A stretch of DNA of 64,000 nucleotides from Terriglobales bacterium (lineage in GTDB: Bacteria; Acidobacteriota; Terriglobia; Terriglobales; Acidobacteriaceae), in contig DASVWZ010000156.1 of the NCBI GenBank assembly GCA_036392935.1, forward strand, positions 1,433 to 65,432, given 5' to 3'. The position numbers and the translations under genes are program-made. A model generated the notes under the pieces. The model was not told where the DNA came from. It worked only from the letters and a program-made list of their open reading frames with translations, and searched no databases. This document shows positions 17,368-28,078 of the stretch, one piece after another. Position 1 is the stretch's first letter; each line of letters opens with the position of its first letter.

Positions 17368-18617
17368 TATTGCGGCGGTCCTTGCGGTTGTTCTTGCGCG
17401 GGTGCGGTTTGGGTTCCGGACGAGGATGACGCGGGCGATGGCGTGAGGTTTGCGGGTTTGGGCGATTTCAGGATAACGGCGGGGACAGATGCGTTGGGCT
17501 GTGCGACCGCTGGCTTCACGGGTTTCGGCTCAGCAGAGCCATTGGCCGACTTCAGTTGTGCCGTAGACGATACCGAGCTGGGCGCGGCGGAATTCTGAGC
17601 CCCAGGTGTAGCAGCGGTTCCGGTTGGGTGCGATGCCGGGGGGCTCGTTGGCTGTGCACCGGGTGTAGTCGGGGCTGCCGTCAGGGGTTTCGTAGGATCG
17701 GTTGCGGGTTTATCGGGGACGGTCGGCAGGCGCGCGGCGAGAATGTCGGCGGCGCGCATGGGCGGGCCACTGTCGGCGACTGACGGCTCACGGTCTTTGA
17801 CTTCTGTGACGACCAAAACTTCTTCGAGGCGGCTTAAATCAGCGGTGGGCTTGACGTCGATCTTATAAAAGAGCTCGGCGCCCGGTGCGACACGGGTGAC
17901 GCTGCCAACTGGCAGCCCCTTGGGAAAGATCTGATCGCCACCGCTGGTGAGGACTTTGTCGCCGGGCTGAACGGGCTCGTCCGACATTACTTTCTCGAGC
18001 ACGACATCGCCGTTCGCGGTCCCGCGCAGAACACCCTGCAGGCGCGACTTTTCAAGAATGGCTCCGACGCCGCTGGTCTGGTCGTTAATCAGGAGAACCT
18101 GAGATGTGCCAGAGAAAACGCGCAAGACTTTGCCGACGACGCCGTCACCAGTGATGACAGCCATATCCTGCTTGAGGCCGTCGCGCGAACCTTTGTCGAT
18201 GTAGACGGACCGAGACTGCTCACTGCCGCTAGTGCCGATGACCTGGGCAGCGACGGTTTGAGAGACGAATTGTTCTTTGAAACCGAGCAGAGCTTGCAGG
18301 CGATGCGCTTGGGTCGCGTCTTCGCTGAGGCGCGCTTGCTCGATGCGCAGCTGCTGAATCTGATCCTTGAGCTGCTTGTTCTCCTGGCGGACGCCGCGCA
18401 GATTAACGTAGTTGTTCCAGAGATCGCGCAGGCTCATGTGCACGAGCACGGTGCCTTTTTCGAGCGGCGAGATGGTGTCGTTGGTCCAGACGCGGATGAG
18501 GCGGGTGGATTCGTTTTCCGAAGTGCGCTTGACCTGAACGGCAAGCCCGAGCACCTGCGCAAACAGCACGGCCACCAGGATGGTGACGTTGCGGTAGCGG
18601 GTGATCAGGTTTTCCAT
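17367..18617 (-). CDS. mreC: rod shape-determining protein MreC with long Pro/Ala/Thr/Ser-rich C-terminal tail
   Basis: N-terminal TM, coiled coil (NKQLKDQIQQLRIEQARL) and beta-barrel domains (VITGDGVVGKV, VLTSGGDQIFPKGLPVG). A low-complexity tail of about 140 aa follows. Confidence 0.85.
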   Translation of the reverse strand: MENLITRYRNVTILVAVLFAQVLGLAVQVKRTSENESTRLIRVWTNDTISPLEKGTVLVHMSLRDLWNNYVNLRGVRQENKQLKDQIQQLRIEQARLSEDATQAHRLQALLGFKEQFVSQTVAAQVIGTSGSEQSRSVYIDKGSRDGLKQDMAVITGDGVVGKVLRVFSGTSQVLLINDQTSGVGAILEKSRLQGVLRGTANGDVVLEKVMSDEPVQPGDKVLTSGGDQIFPKGLPVGSVTRVAPGAELFYKIDVKPTADLSRLEEVLVVTEVKDREPSVADSGPPMRAADILAARLPTVPDKPATDPTKPLTAAPTTPGAQPTSPPASHPTGTAATPGAQNSAAPSSVSSTAQLKSANGSAEPKPVKPAVAQPNASVPAVILKSPKPANLTPSPASSSSGTQTAPAQEQPQGPPQ

Positions 18618-18620
18618 AAA

Positions 18621-18712
18621 TCAGCTATCAGCCGTCAGCTTTGAGCTATCAGCTGAGAATTTTGGACATGCATTTGTATATCCAGCTGAAAGCTGAGGGC
18701 TGACAGCCGAGA
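18621..18712. repeat. long imperfect inverted repeat built from AGCTGAN heptamers (mreB-mreC spacer)
   Basis: Left arm TCAGCTATCAGCCGTCAGCTTTGAGCTATCAGCTGA. Right arm CAGCTGAAAGCTGAGGGCTGACAGCCGA. The arms are roughly reverse complements around an AT-rich loop of about 25 nt. Confidence 0.6.
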
Positions 18713-18714
18713 GC

Positions 18715-19779
18715 TTATTCAATTGAAATCTTGCGGAGCAACTTGAAGTCGCTCAGCATTTTTCCGGTGCCGAGAACCACGCTGCACAAGGGATCGTCAG
18801 CGATGGAGACGGGCAGGCCGGTTTCTTCGCGGATGCGCTTATCGAGGTTCTTGAGCAGCGCGCCCCCGCCGGTGAGCACGATGCCGCGGTCGCTGATATC
18901 GGCGGAAAGTTCGGGCGGCGTACGTTCCAGGGCAACGCGAATGGCGTTCATGATCGTCGATACGCATTCGCTGAGGGCTTCGCGGATTTCGCTGTCATCA
19001 ACGGTGATGGTCTTGGGCACGCCCTCGATCAGGTTACGGCCTTTGATTTCCATGGTCAGCGGCTTATCGAGCGGGTAAGCGGAGCCGATGTCGATCTTGA
19101 TCTGCTCGGCGGTGCGTTCGCCGATGAGCAGGTTATATTTGCGCTTGAGGTAGTTCATGATGGCCTCATCCATCTGATTGCCGGCCATGCGTACGGAACG
19201 GGAGTAGACGATGCCGCTGAGAGAGATGACGGCGATGTCGGTGGTTCCGCCGCCGATGTCGACGACCATGTTGCCGCTGGGCTCGGTGATGGGCAAGCCG
19301 GCGCCGATGGCAGCGACCATTGCTTGTTCGACGAGATGCACCTCGCTGGCTTTGGCGCGGTAGGCGGAATCCATGACCGCACGCTTTTCCACTTGGGTGA
19401 TTTCGGAGGGCACGCCGATCACGATGCGAGGATGCACCAGCATCTTGCGGTTGTGCGCCTTCTGGATGAAGTAGTTCAGCATTTTCTCGGTGACTTTGAA
19501 GTCGGCGATGACGCCATCTTTCATGGGCTTAATGGCCACGATGTTGCCGGGAGTGCGGCCGAGCATTTCTTTCGCTTCTTTGCCGACAGCCTCGACTTCA
19601 CCGGTATTTTTGTTGATGGCCACGATGGAAGGCTCGTTCACGACGATGCCCTTGCCGCGCGCGTAGACGAGCGTGTTCGCGGTGCCCAGATCGATGGCGA
19701 GGTCGCTCGAGAAGACGCTGAAGAGCGACCTGACATTGTGCAGGTGGTTGCCGTTGGAATGAAATCCGTTAGATGACAT
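18715..19779 (-). CDS. mreB: rod shape-determining actin homologue MreB
   Basis: [38 protein letters not shown]. Full-length collinearity with MreB. Confidence 0.95.
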   Translation of the reverse strand: MSSNGFHSNGNHLHNVRSLFSVFSSDLAIDLGTANTLVYARGKGIVVNEPSIVAINKNTGEVEAVGKEAKEMLGRTPGNIVAIKPMKDGVIADFKVTEKMLNYFIQKAHNRKMLVHPRIVIGVPSEITQVEKRAVMDSAYRAKASEVHLVEQAMVAAIGAGLPITEPSGNMVVDIGGGTTDIAVISLSGIVYSRSVRMAGNQMDEAIMNYLKRKYNLLIGERTAEQIKIDIGSAYPLDKPLTMEIKGRNLIEGVPKTITVDDSEIREALSECVSTIMNAIRVALERTPPELSADISDRGIVLTGGGALLKNLDKRIREETGLPVSIADDPLCSVVLGTGKMLSDFKLLRKISIE

Positions 19780-19902
19780 AACTACACTTTTCTCTCTCAG
19801 CTGGAATGCGGCTGTGGTTTTTCAAAATTCTCTTGTCCGTATCTTCATATTCTATTGGAGAAATGCCAGCAGGTGAAATTCGGCATTTTTCCATTTGGCG
19901 CG

Positions 19903-21276
19903 TCATTGGATGACCACCTTTTTCTGCAAAGTGTTGACTCCGCCTTTGGCGTTCTGCGCCGTGATGGTGATGGTGTTTTCGCCAGAAGGCAGCGGCGGGG
20001 TAAAGAAGTGGAAGCTGCCATCGGTGGTGACCATCGGCACTTCGTGGCCGTTAACCATGACACGCGCGCCGACCTCGGTCTTACCGGTGAGTTCAAGAAC
20101 ATGGCCGTGTTGAATCAGCGGGTCCAGATCCAGACCAATGGAGGTGGCATCGTTAGCTTTGGCGATTAAGGTAAAGCGGTTCTTTTCGCTTTCAATCGAG
20201 GCATTGCCTTTGCCGTCGACCGACTGCACCATCCAGTAATAGGCGCCATCTTCGAGGCCGGACACCATGACCGCAGCCGCTTTCACCTGACGATCGACAA
20301 TAGTCGACGAAAAATATGGATTGCGCGAGATGCGTAGACGATACGAGGCTGCGTTGGCCATTGACGTCCAGGAAAATTCGATTGGCTTGGAATCTTTCGA
20401 AACGAAGATTGGCGTCATGTTCGCCGGCGAGATGGGTGTGGGCGGGCCGATTTCCTTTTGCTTCTCCATGTGCGGAGCCGATTGCTGGAAGTTCACTTTT
20501 TCCCAATCGGCAAGATGGACAGTTTCGCCATTGCGGGTGACATCGCCGCTGCCTCGCTTGACCAAAATTTCATGATCGTCACCACTGGGATCGTTATGCA
20601 CCATGGCTGCGCTGTCAGGCGCCAGCGAAGCGGTCGCTCCGGCGACGGTCACCTGCGATCTTGAACCTTGAGAATATGTCGCGGTGGCTAAATCGACGGT
20701 TCCGGTACTCACGGCAACGGTGACGTTGGTCTGCGCATTGTCACCGGCGGAATTTTCCTCTACCACAATCAGCGAATCCTGCTTGACCGTATAGTTGGTG
20801 CCATCGCTGAAAACGATCTTTGCCATACCTTCGGAACTAGTCTGCACCACATCGCCTTTTTCCAGCGGCACGCTGTAATCGGCTGTCACCCAGCTATTGC
20901 CGTTGGCTTTCTTCACTCGTACTGTGCCATCGAGCGCGGTAAAGTGCGCCTGCTGCGAGTTGCTCGAGCCACTGGGCTTCGCCGCCGCTCCCGCCGCGCC
21001 GATGGTTTCGAGCATCCGCGAGCCGAAATTCTCAGCCGCTTTCACACCCTTGTCGGTGAATTGAGGGAAAGCCAGATGCAAGCCCACGGAAAAGATCGCA
21101 AGCCCTGCCAGCAGCATGAGCATCACGCTGCGGTAGGTGACCTGCTTCCATGCGACATGAATTCCCGGTTTGTCGTGAACAGACACCGCTCCGCCGAAGG
21201 ACCTATGAAACCGCAATAAATATGGAGTCAATCGGAGCGTAGCATATAGGAAAAGTGAGGAGAACAAGGTAATCAC
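19903..21276 (-). CDS. membrane-anchored FecR-domain protein with Ig/FN3-like C-terminal domains
   Basis: TM helix VMLMLLAGLAIFSVGL. FecR-like segment GTVRVKKANGNSWVTADYSVPLEKGDVVQTSSEGMAKIVFSDGTNYTVKQDSLI. Beta-rich repeats follow. Start uncertain. Confidence 0.6.
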   Translation of the reverse strand: MITLFSSLFLYATLRLTPYLLRFHRSFGGAVSVHDKPGIHVAWKQVTYRSVMLMLLAGLAIFSVGLHLAFPQFTDKGVKAAENFGSRMLETIGAAGAAAKPSGSSNSQQAHFTALDGTVRVKKANGNSWVTADYSVPLEKGDVVQTSSEGMAKIVFSDGTNYTVKQDSLIVVEENSAGDNAQTNVTVAVSTGTVDLATATYSQGSRSQVTVAGATASLAPDSAAMVHNDPSGDDHEILVKRGSGDVTRNGETVHLADWEKVNFQQSAPHMEKQKEIGPPTPISPANMTPIFVSKDSKPIEFSWTSMANAASYRLRISRNPYFSSTIVDRQVKAAAVMVSGLEDGAYYWMVQSVDGKGNASIESEKNRFTLIAKANDATSIGLDLDPLIQHGHVLELTGKTEVGARVMVNGHEVPMVTTDGSFHFFTPPLPSGENTITITAQNAKGGVNTLQKKVVIQ

Positions 21277-21526
21277 TGTGGGACATTACCTTGGTGTGCG
21301 GAAGTCAGGAGTGCCCAGCCTGAATGCAAAAGTGAAATCACGCGGTCTAACGCTGCATTCTGACTTCTAACTTCCTACTTTCTCGCCTTCTGGCATTGCC
21401 TTGCGGGTTATCGTCCGCGGGCGGTAGCATAGACCTTCGGGTAATCCCAGAGATTTGGCAGGGCAAAAACGCGCCATGGCGAATCTTCCAAAGCATCTTC
21501 ATTCATCCGAACTTCAGGAGGCATTT

Positions 21527-23065
21527 ATGGCTAGCAACACGATGATCGAGCCCAGCGTCGCCGGATCGAATACGCGGGCCAAAGTTTACAAGAACCTGAT
21601 TGGCGGCGAATGGGTCGAGTCCTCAACCGGCGAGACTTTTGAGAACCGAAATCCCGCTGATACTCGCGAGGTGGTCGGGATCTTTCAGAAATCGGCAAAA
21701 GCCGACATCGATGCCGCCGTCGAGGCAGCCAAGAAGGCGTTTGAAAAGTGGCGGCTGGTTCCGGCGCCGAGGCGCGCCGAGATCGTTTATCGTGCGGGCG
21801 AAATGCTATTTGGCCGCAAGGAAGATTACGCGCGCGACATGACGCGCGAAATGGGCAAGGTCATCAAAGAGACCCGCGGCGACACGCAGGAAGCCATCGA
21901 CACCGCTTATTACATGGCCGGCGAAGGCCGCCGCATGTTCGGTCCGACCACGCCGTCCGAGTTGCCGAACAAATTTGCCATGGCTGTGCGCCAGCCGATC
22001 GGCGTTTGCGGGATGATCACGCCGTGGAATTTTCCCATGGCAATTCCTTCGTGGAAGCTGCTGCCGGCGATTGTGTGCGGCAACACCTGTGTGATCAAGC
22101 CATCGCAGGACACGCCGCTCTCGACGTTTCATCTGGTAAACACGCTGGTGGATGCGGGCTTGCCGAAGGGCGTGATCAACATCGTCACCGGATTCGGCCC
22201 GGAAGTAGGCGGGCCGCTGACCGAGCATCCGGATGTGAAGGCGATCTCGCTGACGGGATCGAGTGCGGTCGGACGCATTGTCGGTCAGGAGGCGGCGAAG
22301 AGCTTCAAGCACTGTTCGCTCGAGTTGGGCGGAAAAAATCCCATGATCGTGCTCGACGATGCCAACCTCGAACTTGCCGTCGAAGGCGGTTTGTGGGGCG
22401 CGTTTGGCACCACCGGCCAGCGCTGCACGGCGACCAGCCGGATCATTGTGCAGAAAGGTGTATATGGGGAATTTATTGCGCGGCTGGTGGAGCGGGCGAA
22501 GAAGCTGAAAGTCGGCAACGGGCTTGACGAAACCGTCGATATGGGCCCGGCGGTAAATGAGAAGCAGTTGGATACGGACCTGAAGTACATCGAAATCGGC
22601 AAGCAGGAAGGCGCGGAGCTGAAATGCGGCGGTCACCGCTTGGAGGGCGGCGATTACGCCCACGGATATTTCGTCGAGCCGACCGTGTTTGCTGATGTCA
22701 ATCCCAAGATGCGGATTGCGCAGGAAGAGATTTTCGGGCCGGTGGTTTCGGTGATTCCCTGCGATGATCTAGACGACGCGATCGAAATTGCGAACGGCAT
22801 TCAGTATGGGCTGTCGTCGGCACTGTATACGAAAGATGTGAACCAGGCATTTAGGGCGATACGCGACCTCGATGCCGGGATCACCTATGTCAACGCTCCG
22901 ACGATCGGGGCCGAAGTGCATTTGCCGTTCGGCGGCAACAAGGCGACGGGCAATGGCCATCGCGAGGGTGGAATTGGCGCCATCGACTTCTACACTGAGT
23001 GGAAGGCGGTGTACGTCGATTATTCCGACAAGCTGCAGAAAGCGCAGATCGACAGGGGAGAGTAG
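21527..23065 (+). CDS. NAD(P)-dependent aldehyde dehydrogenase
   Basis: [31 protein letters not shown] (catalytic Cys), EEIFGPV. ATG at 21527 is preceded by AGGAGG. Confidence 0.9.
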   Translation: MASNTMIEPSVAGSNTRAKVYKNLIGGEWVESSTGETFENRNPADTREVVGIFQKSAKADIDAAVEAAKKAFEKWRLVPAPRRAEIVYRAGEMLFGRKEDYARDMTREMGKVIKETRGDTQEAIDTAYYMAGEGRRMFGPTTPSELPNKFAMAVRQPIGVCGMITPWNFPMAIPSWKLLPAIVCGNTCVIKPSQDTPLSTFHLVNTLVDAGLPKGVINIVTGFGPEVGGPLTEHPDVKAISLTGSSAVGRIVGQEAAKSFKHCSLELGGKNPMIVLDDANLELAVEGGLWGAFGTTGQRCTATSRIIVQKGVYGEFIARLVERAKKLKVGNGLDETVDMGPAVNEKQLDTDLKYIEIGKQEGAELKCGGHRLEGGDYAHGYFVEPTVFADVNPKMRIAQEEIFGPVVSVIPCDDLDDAIEIANGIQYGLSSALYTKDVNQAFRAIRDLDAGITYVNAPTIGAEVHLPFGGNKATGNGHREGGIGAIDFYTEWKAVYVDYSDKLQKAQIDRGE

Positions 23066-23159
23066 GGTACGAAACACGGAGCGCCAAGATTTTGCCACCC
23101 AATCGGTCCGGCGCAATTGGCGTCCTCTGCTGTATCCTTGTCTGGCTGGAGCCTGAACC

Positions 23160-24368
23160 ATGCCCCTGACCCAAACCCGTGAAATTACCTGCGCTAGGCG
23201 CCTTGAAAACGTCCGCTACGCCATTCGTGACCTGGCTTGCTACGCCGACGAAGTCGCCCGCCAGGGACACAAGATTCTGCCGCTGAACATTGGCGATCCC
23301 AACATTTTCGATTTCGAAACACCGCGCCACATGGTCGAGGCCGTCTATAAAGCCATGCGCGAAAACAAGAATGGCTATGCGCCATCACAGGGCCTCGGCG
23401 AGGCACTCGAAGCCATTCGCGGCGAAGCTGCGCGCAAGGGAATTACCACGGTACAGGATATTTTCGTCACCACCGGCGTCAGCGAAACCGTCGACCTCTG
23501 CCTGACCGCACTTTTGAATCCCGGAGAAGACCTGCTCACTCCGGCGCCCGATTATCCGCTGTATTCGGCAGTGCTGGCGAAGCTCGGCATCGACCTGAAC
23601 GCCTATTACCTGAATGAAGAAGACGGCTGGCAGCCTGAACTCAACGACGTGAAGCGAAAGATCACGCCGCGTACGCGTGGCATTGTTCTGATCAATCCCA
23701 ACAATCCAACCGGCTCGGTATGCACGCGCAAAATGCTGGAGCAGATCGCCGAACTGGCGCGGCGGCACAATCTGATCGTCTTCGCCGACGAAATCTACGA
23801 CAAGCAGATGCTCGACGATGACGAGCACATTGCCTTCGCCAAAGTTGCTCCCGACGTCCCCTGCGTGACCTTCGGTGGGTTATCGAAGAATTATCTGGCG
23901 CCGGGATGGCGCATCGGTTGGGGCATCGTCAGCGGCGAAGCTGCTGCGGTCAAACAATATGATGAAGGCATCCAGAAGCTGCTGCGGGCACGCTTGTGCG
24001 CTAATCATCCCGAGCAGTACGCGATCAAAGCCGCGCTCGAAGGACCGCAAGATCACATTGCGGAAGTGCGAAGGAAGCTGCGCAGCCGTCGCGATCTGAC
24101 CGTGAAGTGGGCCAATTCAACCCCACGCCTAAGCTGTGTTTCTCCGCGAGCCGCTTTTTACGCTTTCCCGAAAATCGACATTCCCGAGGGCGACGAGGTT
24201 TTTGTCCGCGAACTGATTTTGAAAAAGCACGTGATGGTCGTGCACGGATCGGGATTTGGGCAGAAGCCGGGAACCAAGCACTTTCGCATTGTTTACCTGC
24301 CCGATGAAGCCACGCTTACGAAGGCGTATGCAGCGATTGCCGATTTGTTGAAGGAACGATACAGCTAG
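23160..24368 (+). CDS. class I/II PLP-dependent aminotransferase (alanine/aspartate aminotransferase-like)
   Basis: LNIGDPN, INPNNPTG, GGLSKNYLAPGWRIGW (PLP lysine context). Confidence 0.85.
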   Translation: MPLTQTREITCARRLENVRYAIRDLACYADEVARQGHKILPLNIGDPNIFDFETPRHMVEAVYKAMRENKNGYAPSQGLGEALEAIRGEAARKGITTVQDIFVTTGVSETVDLCLTALLNPGEDLLTPAPDYPLYSAVLAKLGIDLNAYYLNEEDGWQPELNDVKRKITPRTRGIVLINPNNPTGSVCTRKMLEQIAELARRHNLIVFADEIYDKQMLDDDEHIAFAKVAPDVPCVTFGGLSKNYLAPGWRIGWGIVSGEAAAVKQYDEGIQKLLRARLCANHPEQYAIKAALEGPQDHIAEVRRKLRSRRDLTVKWANSTPRLSCVSPRAAFYAFPKIDIPEGDEVFVRELILKKHVMVVHGSGFGQKPGTKHFRIVYLPDEATLTKAYAAIADLLKERYS

Positions 24369-24418
24369 CGTGGACGCGCAAGGCTGCGCAATCTTACTCT
24401 GCTAGAAAACGTGTGCGG

Positions 24419-25201
24419 CTAATCTGACGCCGCGGCCGTTGGGAACCGAGTCGCGCCTGATTCAAGGCGGCCATTCAGTGGTTTTCCCGATCTCCGGTCG
24501 GTGGACTTGGCGGCATCAAAACCGGCGCGGCTGTATGCGAACAGCACCACCTCCACGCGCTTGGAAACCCCCAACTTGTCGAAAATGCGGAAGAGATAAT
24601 TCTTCACCGTATGCTCGGTGAGGCTGAGCCGTTGCGCGATTTCGCGGTTCGAAAGGCCCTCGGCCACACAGTGCACCACCTCCTGCTCGCGACGGGAAAG
24701 CAGAACTGCACCACGATTGTCCAGAGTGCGCATCGGCAGTGCGTCACCCAGCGCTTCCAACAGAAATCGAAGCTGCGCGCTGTTGGCCCAAACCTGTCCC
24801 TGGCTGACGCAAAAAATGCACTTGGCCAGCGACTTCACCGATTCGCTGCGGCAGAACACGCCTCGCGCCCCCGCGCGAAAAGCCTCTACCACCAGATTGC
24901 GCTCCGACCCATCGAGCAAAACCACCACCCGCGCCTCGGGCTCGGCAGCCAGAATTTCGCGCACCACTTGAAATCCGCGCCGGTTGTCGCCGTTGATTTC
25001 CGCGCTCACCAGCGTGACCGTCGGTTTTTCTTTCACCACGCTGGTCACAATGGTCTCGCCGTCGGATGCGGGCTCGATTACTGAGAAGCGTCCATCGCGC
25101 TCCAGTGCGGACGCCAAAAGCTGGCTCGCCATGCGTGTGTTGTCCGCGGCGAGAACTCTGATGGGTTCGACAACTTGAGGAATTGTGCTAGCCAACGCCA
25201 T
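24419..25201 (-). CDS. LuxR/NarL-type regulator with atypical receiver domain
   Basis: C-terminal HTH LSRREQEVVHCVAEGLSNREIAQRLSLTEHTVKNYLFRIFDKLGV. The receiver-like N-terminus has AADN for the acidic pair, and TLVSAEINGD where LLD.(M)PG is expected. Confidence 0.75.
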   Translation of the reverse strand: MALASTIPQVVEPIRVLAADNTRMASQLLASALERDGRFSVIEPASDGETIVTSVVKEKPTVTLVSAEINGDNRRGFQVVREILAAEPEARVVVLLDGSERNLVVEAFRAGARGVFCRSESVKSLAKCIFCVSQGQVWANSAQLRFLLEALGDALPMRTLDNRGAVLLSRREQEVVHCVAEGLSNREIAQRLSLTEHTVKNYLFRIFDKLGVSKRVEVVLFAYSRAGFDAAKSTDRRSGKPLNGRLESGATRFPTAAASD

Positions 25202-25518
25202 AAGATTATGGAAACCCCTGAAAGAATTTCGTCAAAACTATGTCAATTCTTGCTACATCTTCTGGGGACGGGGCTGCCCCAAAGGCAAGTCTAAAGATCC
25301 GAAATGTCCGGCGTTACATTAAAAGGCTTAACCAACGGCCCTTCTCAAGACTTCGAAGGCAACGCTAACTACTAAGAGACTTTAGTCTCATCCCGAAAGA
25401 ATGTAAATGGCACCCCCGTGCACTTTCTTGATGACTGAAGTGGCTCCGAGGGATCAGTTTTATTTTCTTATAGATGCGGCTATGTATTAAAAGGAGTCCC
25501 GAAATTCGTCTTCCGTGG

Positions 25519-26739
25519 CTAATTTACCCCCAGGCCAAGTTCCCGCTCGGCCATGGCTACAATCTCCCGACCGATGGCCAGCGATGCGGTAGCAGCCGGC
25601 GAAGGGACGTTCCACACATGCAGCATACGCTCGCTAGCTCGGAACTGGAAGTCATCGACCAGAGAGCCGTCTCGACGAAGCGCCTGGGCGCGAACGCCGG
25701 ACCCGTCGGAAACCAAATCAGATTCCTGCAGGCTCGGCATCAGCCGTTGCAACGCGCGCACGAATGCGGATTTGCTGATAGAGCGATAAAACTCTTCGGC
25801 TCCACTTTGCCAGTACTTGGCCGCCATCCGCCAGAATCCGGGATACGCGAAGGTTGTGGCAGTGTCGCGCAGGCTGATGTCGGAGTGCGTGTATCCTTCG
25901 CGCTTAAACGCAAGCACTGCGTTCGGTCCGGCATCCACGCCGCCGCGCACCCGGCGCGTGAAGTGCACCCCCAGAAATGGAAAGCGCAAATCGGGCACGG
26001 GGTAAATCAGGTTCTTCACCAGATTCTCCCGCCCCGGCGCCAGGTCGTAGTATTCGCCCCGAAACGGTACGATGCGCACTTCGGGCGTCTGTCCCGCCAT
26101 TTCGGTGACGTAATCGCTTTGCAATCCGGCGCAGTTTATTACGAACCGCGTCAGAAAACTGCCTCGATTGGTTTCGACCGCGAGATCGCTATTGCTTTGG
26201 GCAATTCTTGTGACCGTCGTTGAAAGATTAACCGTTCCACCGTGCCCGCCGATCAGTTCTGCATATTTTTCGCAAACGGTTTTGTAGTCTGTGATTCCAG
26301 TGGCAGGAACCAGAAGCCACGCCACGCCACCCACGTTGGGTTCAATCGCTCGGGCTTCGCTGGCATCGAGCATTCGCAGGCCCGTCAACCCGTTGGCCTG
26401 ACCACGCTCCTTTAGCATTTCCAGCCGCGGTTTTTCCTCTTCCGTCACGGCCACAATCAGTTTGCCGCAGACTTCATAAGGAACATTGTGTTCTGCGCAG
26501 AAGGCGACCATCGCTTCCCTGCCCTCCACGCACAGCTTCGCCTTCAGCGATCCCGGTTTGTAATAGATGCCGGAATGGATGACCCCGCTGTTGTGGCCGC
26601 TCTGGTGGCGCGCCACTTCGGCCTCTTTTTCGGCCAGCAACAAGCGGAGCTTCGGAAAAACCCGCAGCGCGTTCAGCGCGGTCGAAAGGCCAACCACGCC
26701 TCCACCGATGATGACGACATCATACAACTGGTCAGGCAT
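25519..26739 (-). CDS. lhgO: L-2-hydroxyglutarate oxidase (FAD-dependent)
   Basis: YDVVIIGGGVVG, GHNSGVIHSGIYYKPGSLKAKLC, PFRGEYYDLAP, LIYPVPDLRFPFLGVHFT, GPNAVLAFKREGY, NVPSPAATASL. Collinear with E. coli LhgO as I recall it. Confidence 0.85.
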   Translation of the reverse strand: MPDQLYDVVIIGGGVVGLSTALNALRVFPKLRLLLAEKEAEVARHQSGHNSGVIHSGIYYKPGSLKAKLCVEGREAMVAFCAEHNVPYEVCGKLIVAVTEEEKPRLEMLKERGQANGLTGLRMLDASEARAIEPNVGGVAWLLVPATGITDYKTVCEKYAELIGGHGGTVNLSTTVTRIAQSNSDLAVETNRGSFLTRFVINCAGLQSDYVTEMAGQTPEVRIVPFRGEYYDLAPGRENLVKNLIYPVPDLRFPFLGVHFTRRVRGGVDAGPNAVLAFKREGYTHSDISLRDTATTFAYPGFWRMAAKYWQSGAEEFYRSISKSAFVRALQRLMPSLQESDLVSDGSGVRAQALRRDGSLVDDFQFRASERMLHVWNVPSPAATASLAIGREIVAMAERELGLGVN

Positions 26740-26853
26740 AGGATTGCAGTCCGCATCCCGTTCCACGGCGCGAGATTAACGGTGCGACATTACAAGATAC
26801 ACGGAATGCGCGCTGGCTGCGCAAGTAACGGATGGTTCTCGGAAACGGGCTGA

Positions 26854-27831
26854 TCACTCCGTGCCGTTGCTGGCATTCGACGCCCAAAGTGTCGGAAGTT
26901 CCGTGGGCGTGATCTCGGTTTCGGCGTAGTGCTTCACATTGAAGCGGTCCGTAGTGAAGTAAGCAGCCACCATTCCCGCAGCGCCGAAAGGATGCAGGAC
27001 GGTAAACGGAACCATGTATTTCTTCGATTTGATAAATGCTTCGCACACTCCGCGCAACGTGTGGCTTCGCGGCTGGCTGCCCTCTACCTGCGGAATATAG
27101 TACGCAGTCTCCACCACATGCGGGTGATGTTTGCCGTATTTCACCATGGAACTCGCAAGTTGCTTGGGAGTCATAATGCCCGCGTCGGCAATGAAGCTAC
27201 GCCTCTCCGAATGCGGATAGTAATATCGGTCCAGAATTTTTCTCGAGAAGTCAGCGCAGTTGTTCAGAAAAAGATTAAAGTGGCTGTGATTCTTCCGCCG
27301 GTTCAAGTCCTCAATCAGATGATCGTCTTGCTCTTCGCTGCTTTCGATCTCAATACCGTAGATCTTCCGGTTGTAAGAGGCGCCGATCAGTTGCACCCAC
27401 GTTCCACCTGGCGTTTTCCCGTTGGGGCCGTCAGGAATCAGGTCTTCCAAATGACGCCGCCGATAGCTGTCTCGCAGAGCATCAACCGTTTCACCATTGG
27501 CAGATGACAGCACATTTTCCAGATCATCGACCGCGTAGAGATATGGAATGAGTGGAATGGCCAACCAGTCGTATCCGTCGATTCCCGAATAACGGCTGAT
27601 CACCACTCCGGTTTCGCCCGGCATGCATCGTCGCAGATGGGTCGGTGTGGTTGCGCACACGCGCGAAAAATACAGCGCAGCGTGGCCGGTGGGATTGACC
27701 GCGCCGAAAGGCCCAAACGGTTCTTCCACAAACAAGGTCACGTCGGCGCGCACCGCCAGCGTGCACGCCAACACGAACAGCGCCACGCCAATTCCCCTAC
27801 ACGACCTCACGATTTGATAAACCCTTCCCAT
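26854..27831 (-). CDS. secreted hypothetical protein
   Basis: Signal peptide MGRVYQIVRSCRGIGVALFVLACTLAVRA. Sensible composition against an Arg/His-rich antisense frame. No family recognised with confidence. Confidence 0.55.
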   Translation of the reverse strand: MGRVYQIVRSCRGIGVALFVLACTLAVRADVTLFVEEPFGPFGAVNPTGHAALYFSRVCATTPTHLRRCMPGETGVVISRYSGIDGYDWLAIPLIPYLYAVDDLENVLSSANGETVDALRDSYRRRHLEDLIPDGPNGKTPGGTWVQLIGASYNRKIYGIEIESSEEQDDHLIEDLNRRKNHSHFNLFLNNCADFSRKILDRYYYPHSERRSFIADAGIMTPKQLASSMVKYGKHHPHVVETAYYIPQVEGSQPRSHTLRGVCEAFIKSKKYMVPFTVLHPFGAAGMVAAYFTTDRFNVKHYAETEITPTELPTLWASNASNGTE

Positions 27832-28078
27832 GCCTTTTAGTTTTTGCCTGGATTGCCCTACACGACTTCCACAACCGTCGTGCATTTAGTTGCCCGGGGA
27901 TTGGATGCCATTATAAATCCCTTCATACACTGTAGGTAAAAAAGTCTGTGAATTCTGACAGTTACCAAAGATAGAACACAGGTATGCACCCTGGGAGTAT
28001 CCCTGATCTGCGACGTCCGGCATGTGTCGTAGATCACTGAACTGCGCCCAATGCCGGTGCTAGAATCTGATCGCAATT

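Noticed and set aside
21527-26739. Aldehyde dehydrogenase, aminotransferase and lhgO as one glutarate/lysine catabolic operon (csiD-lhgO-gabDT-like).
   Set aside because: The genes are on different strands and separated by a regulator gene. No CsiD-type dioxygenase is present, and the aminotransferase looks AlaA/AspC-like rather than GabT-like.
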